A DNA stretch of 64,000 nucleotides from the human T2T-CHM13v2.0 reference genome, Homo sapiens, in NCBI RefSeq assembly GCF_009914755.1, contig NC_060926.1; one strand, 5' to 3'. This document shows positions 58,791 through 64,000 of the stretch, piece by piece. The notes below the pieces were generated by a model, which ran no database searches, was not told the DNA's origin, and saw only the letters and a program-made list of their open reading frames with translations. Both the position numbers and the translations under genes were made by a program. Each line of letters begins with the position of its first letter. Position 1 is the first letter of the stretch.

Positions 58791-60283
58791 GGTTGGCTCC
58801 CCTTCTCTCTGGTGACCTCGTGGCTTGGTACTTGCGTGGTTTTTGGTCAGAGGTTTCCTCCACCTAATTTTAACTTTCCTGTGGATTACAAAGTTGTTGG
58901 TGGGCCTCTGGGGCTGGCTGGCTGGCTGGGGAGGCTGCCCTGGTTCTCGGGTGCGAGTACTGTATGTGGCGCTGCAGATGCTCAGCTCAGATTGTCTATG
59001 TCTGTCTGAAACGGGCAATTCTGCCTAAAAGTGCATGTGGCTCCTCTGGCAGTTGTTAACAGTCTCCTTAGCATATGCGACCTTTATTTACCCATTTCCA
59101 AGTTTTGTATAATAGCATTTCCTGTGCAAGTTGGCTACGGACTGAATACAAATGTGCACCCACCACAGGCGAGTTCATGAGCAGAACCGCTGTTATGGTC
59201 ATTTTAGGCTTTCGGAAAGATTCAGACGGTGTTGCTGTGTATTATTTATAAGCTTCAAAAGAAAAATATTTCCTCTTTGTTTTGTATCTAGGTGTGTTTT
59301 AATTAAACATGCTGGTGCCCTTTTCTTTAGGCCTCCCTTACCTCCCTCCTTTCTATCAAAAGGCTGTTCTCTGGGGCCAACAGTAGGTGTAAACTGAATG
59401 CTTTCTGGGCTTGTTCTGCAATTCTCACTCAGGGTCCATAGTGCCTAAGAGTTCAGATAGTGTCATAAATCTAAATCTGGATTGTGGGGTTCCCCCACGT
59501 TTTCTGACCATAAAAGGAAAGGGTACATACATCTTAATTTCGTGGCTTACATTGAGCGCCTGAGACAGAGCTAAAAAGTTGAAGCTGCCTTTGACTAGCA
59601 TAGATTAAATGTGTGGAGAAAGAGACAAGTGACTGCCTCTATTCCATCTCCAAGCAGATACCAACCATCCCTCCTGATATTTTCTAATAATTTAAAAGAG
59701 AGTCATTGATATTACTGCCTATAACCACCATATATATTCTTCAAAAGTACTCCAAAGGAACCAAGTCTCATCAATATGATTCCCCAGAATAAAAACTTGG
59801 CTACTCTATTCCTCACAATCTAAAAAGGTGTGCCCAGCACAGTGGAAAGTATATGGCTCAAGAGACTAGAGATGTTAGAGGAGAGTCCTGTAGATTTTGA
59901 GATTTTAATTCTGTTGTGAACATCTGTTCAAAAGCATTTTATTTTGCACAAATCAATTCAGTAATCCCAAGTGGGTGGGACCTGGATAGGCATCTAAACT
60001 GTATCTTTTGCGGACTGCTTTTTTCTTTTTAAAATATTGTGGTGATAAACAGAGAAGATATTTGCACCTTGCTAGTTATGTTCCCTTCCTGCCTCCCTCT
60101 ACTTCTCTTATTTGAAACTGGAATTCAATTTCAGAAGGGAAATTTTGTGCACTAAACAGAACGGACCTGAGCAGCCACAGCAAAACTCTCACATGCCCCT
60201 CCTCCTCTGGCTGCCTTCTGTTGGAAAAGCCACTCCTCTTTGATCTTAAATCACTTTAAATCTTCCATAAAAGCTTCTTTATC

Positions 60284-60286
<3 letters not shown>

Positions 60287-60321
<35 letters not shown>
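60287..60321. repeat. (AC)17 microsatellite
   Basis: Read directly. Confidence 0.97.
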
Positions 60322-60324
<3 letters not shown>

Positions 60325-60734
60325 CTGAGATTTTTAGGGGACAGAGAAGAGTTGAGTGGTTCATGACACTCTTCCTTTCCCCTTTTACGTTGGTTACTTG
60401 GACATGGCTCAATTTTGGAGAAAGAGGGAGAAGTATAAGGGTTCATGGGGTACTAGGAGCTTGCTTGGCCACTCACCAGGGAATCTCCTCCCCAAAGGAT
60501 TAAGGTCTGACAAGACTGAGGCTCTCCTTCAAAACAGTCTGTTGACTAAAGATTAAAACATTTATGTGTGAGCTAAATAAAAAGGGAGGCATGTGTGCAT
60601 GTGTATGAGAAAACACTTCTACCAATCTTCATCCAACCCTTGGTTTCCTCTCAATTCTAATGGGATTTTCTAGGCCCAGGGCCTAAAGTTAATCTTTGAT
60701 TATTTTATCTAAGGTAATTCCCAACAACACAATC

Positions 60735-60868
60735 ACTGTCGCTGGTTGGGCAAGTTATTTAACTTCCTTTTGCCTCAATTTCCTCATCGGTAAAGTGGGA
60801 TAATAAAAGTTACCTAGCTCACAGTGCCTGGCATATAGTCGAGCTCCGTAAAGGTTAGCTATTATTAG
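60735..60868 (+). mobile_element. MIR fragment, the only clear interspersed repeat I saw within TBR1
   Basis: ttgggcaagttatttaacttc...gcctcaatttcctcatcggtaaagtgggataataa. Confidence 0.75.
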
Positions 60869-61553
60869 TGGTCCATTGCATGGAGTAGGCTGATAAGTAC
60901 ACTGTAGGTTTGCCCCGAAGTTTCTGCGGGTAACGGACCAAAAGCTAGGAAAAGAAGGTCAGAGTAAAGAACACCTTTTCTCTTAAGAGAATATTTCTGA
61001 TTGATGACTACTGTTTCAGAGTAGTAATTCTTGTTTGTATTAGTAGAGGTGGGAGTGAAAGTTTCACACAGGGGAAACAATAGACACTAAGTACTTTGGA
61101 GGCTTCCAGCAGCAAACCTCGGGTTCCAGAACACGGGTGAAGGCCAGTCTTTCATGATTACTGCGTGCGCGGCTTTTTCCTAGGGGTTTCTGAAACAATC
61201 TAGAAAAAGGAGAGATATCACCTGAACAATCAAATGGACACAGGAGGTCTTAAAAGGGTGGAGGAGTGAGTACCTTGCTTAGAAATTTCACTCATAAACT
61301 GACCGCAGAGGAAAGGCCCACTGGGCAAAGAGCATCTTACTCCCTAGGTAAATCTGCCTTAATGTGCACACATATGTTGGAGAAGTGGGATGAAAGTCCT
61401 TGCTTGTGCCCCTCTCTCAGTACCCCAGTACACTTGACGAGAGAGAGCAAGAGAAGAGGGAAGTCGTTCCCTTGATGGTCTGTATCTTGCTCAGGTCCCT
61501 GCATAGACAGATTGGCTCCTCTATAATTCCGTGATTTATTTTGGGAATGATAG

Positions 61554-62720
<1,167 letters not shown>

Positions 62721-64000
62721 ATAAGTGCAGGTCTCCGAGCGTGATTTTAACCTTTTTTGCACAGCAGTCTCTGCAATTAGCTCACCGACCTTCAACTTTG
62801 CTGTAAACCTTTTGGTTTTCCTACTTACTCTTCTTCTGTGGAGTTATCCTCCTACAATTCCCCTCCCCCTCGTCTTTCTCTTACCTCCTACTTCTCTTTC
62901 TTGTAATGAAACTCTTCACCTTTAGGAGACCTGGGCAGTCCTGTCAGGCAGCAGCGATTCCGACCCGCCAAGTCTCGGCCTCCACATTAACCATAGGATG
63001 TTGACTCTAGAACCTGGACCCACCCAGCGCGTCCTTTCTTATCCCCGAGTGGATGGATGGATGGATGGATGGTAGGGATGTTAATAATTTTAGTGGAACA
63101 AAGCCTGTGAAATGATTGTACATAGTGTTAATTTATTGTAACGAATGGCTAGTTTTTATTCTCGTCAAGGCACAAAACCAGTTCATGCTTAACCTTTTTT
63201 TCCTTTCCTTTCTTTGCTTTTCTTTCTCTCCTCTCATACTTTCTCTTCTCTCTCTTTTAATTTTCTTGTGAGATAATATTCTAAGAGGCTCTAGAAACAT
63301 GAAATACTCAGTAGTGATGGGTTTCCCACTTCTCCTCAATCCGTTGCATGAAATAATTACTATGTGCCCTAATGCACACAAATAGCTAAGGAGAATCCAC
63401 CCAAACACCTTTAAAGGATAGGTGTCTGTTCATAGGCAAGTCGATTAAGTGGCATGATGCCTGCAAAGCAAAGTCAACTGGAGTTGTATGTTCCCCCCAC
63501 CTTCTAAATAGAATAGCTCGACATCAGCAATATTATTTTGCCTTATTTGTTTTTCCCCAAAGTGCCAAATCCATTACTGGTCTGTGCAGGTGCCAAATAT
63601 GCTGACAAACTGTTTCTGAATATCTTTCAGTACCCCTTCACCTTTATATGCTGTAAATCTTTGTAATGAATACTCTATTAATGATATAGATGACTGAATT
63701 GTTGGTAACTATAGTGTAGTCTAGTGAAGATGAATTGTGTGAGTTGTATATTTTACTGCATTTTAGTTTTGAAAATGACTTCCCCACCACCTAGAAACAG
63801 CTGAAATTTGACTTCCTTGGGAGAACACTAGCATTAATGCAAGTAAGACTGATTTTCCCCTAAGTCTTGTTATATTTGATAAGGAGCATTAATCCCCCTG
63901 GAAATAGATTAGTAGGATTTCTAATGTTGTGTAGCAAACCTATACTTTTTTGTATTTAAAAATTAATGTGAAATATGCATCATACACAATATTCAATCTA

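Overview
Primate, almost certainly human, genomic DNA (Alu, L1, LTR and MER repeats; spliceosomal introns). It holds two + strand genes in tandem. The first is the last nine coding exons of PSMD14 (RPN11/POH1, the JAMM deubiquitinase of the 26S proteasome lid): 5767-49727, residues 17-310, poly(A) signal at 50023. The second is the complete six-exon coding region of the cortical T-box factor TBR1: 54754-62582, 2049 nt, 682 aa, with a 3'UTR running to or past the window end. All exon boundaries were read from the sequence and join in frame. This is a well-known locus and I found no new protein-coding system. The best leads are regulatory. TBR1 has an out-of-frame uORF overlapping its start codon, a GC-AG intron with an in-frame competing GT donor next to a (UG)n tract, a candidate internal promoter, and paired miR-96 and miR-155 8mer sites in the 3'UTR. 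PSMD14 has a candidate poison exon, a +4 tandem donor and a poly(A) signal fused to its stop codon. Its introns also contain repeat-poor, motif-rich blocks that may be TBR1 enhancers. Repeat family names are from recall of consensus sequences, not from a search.
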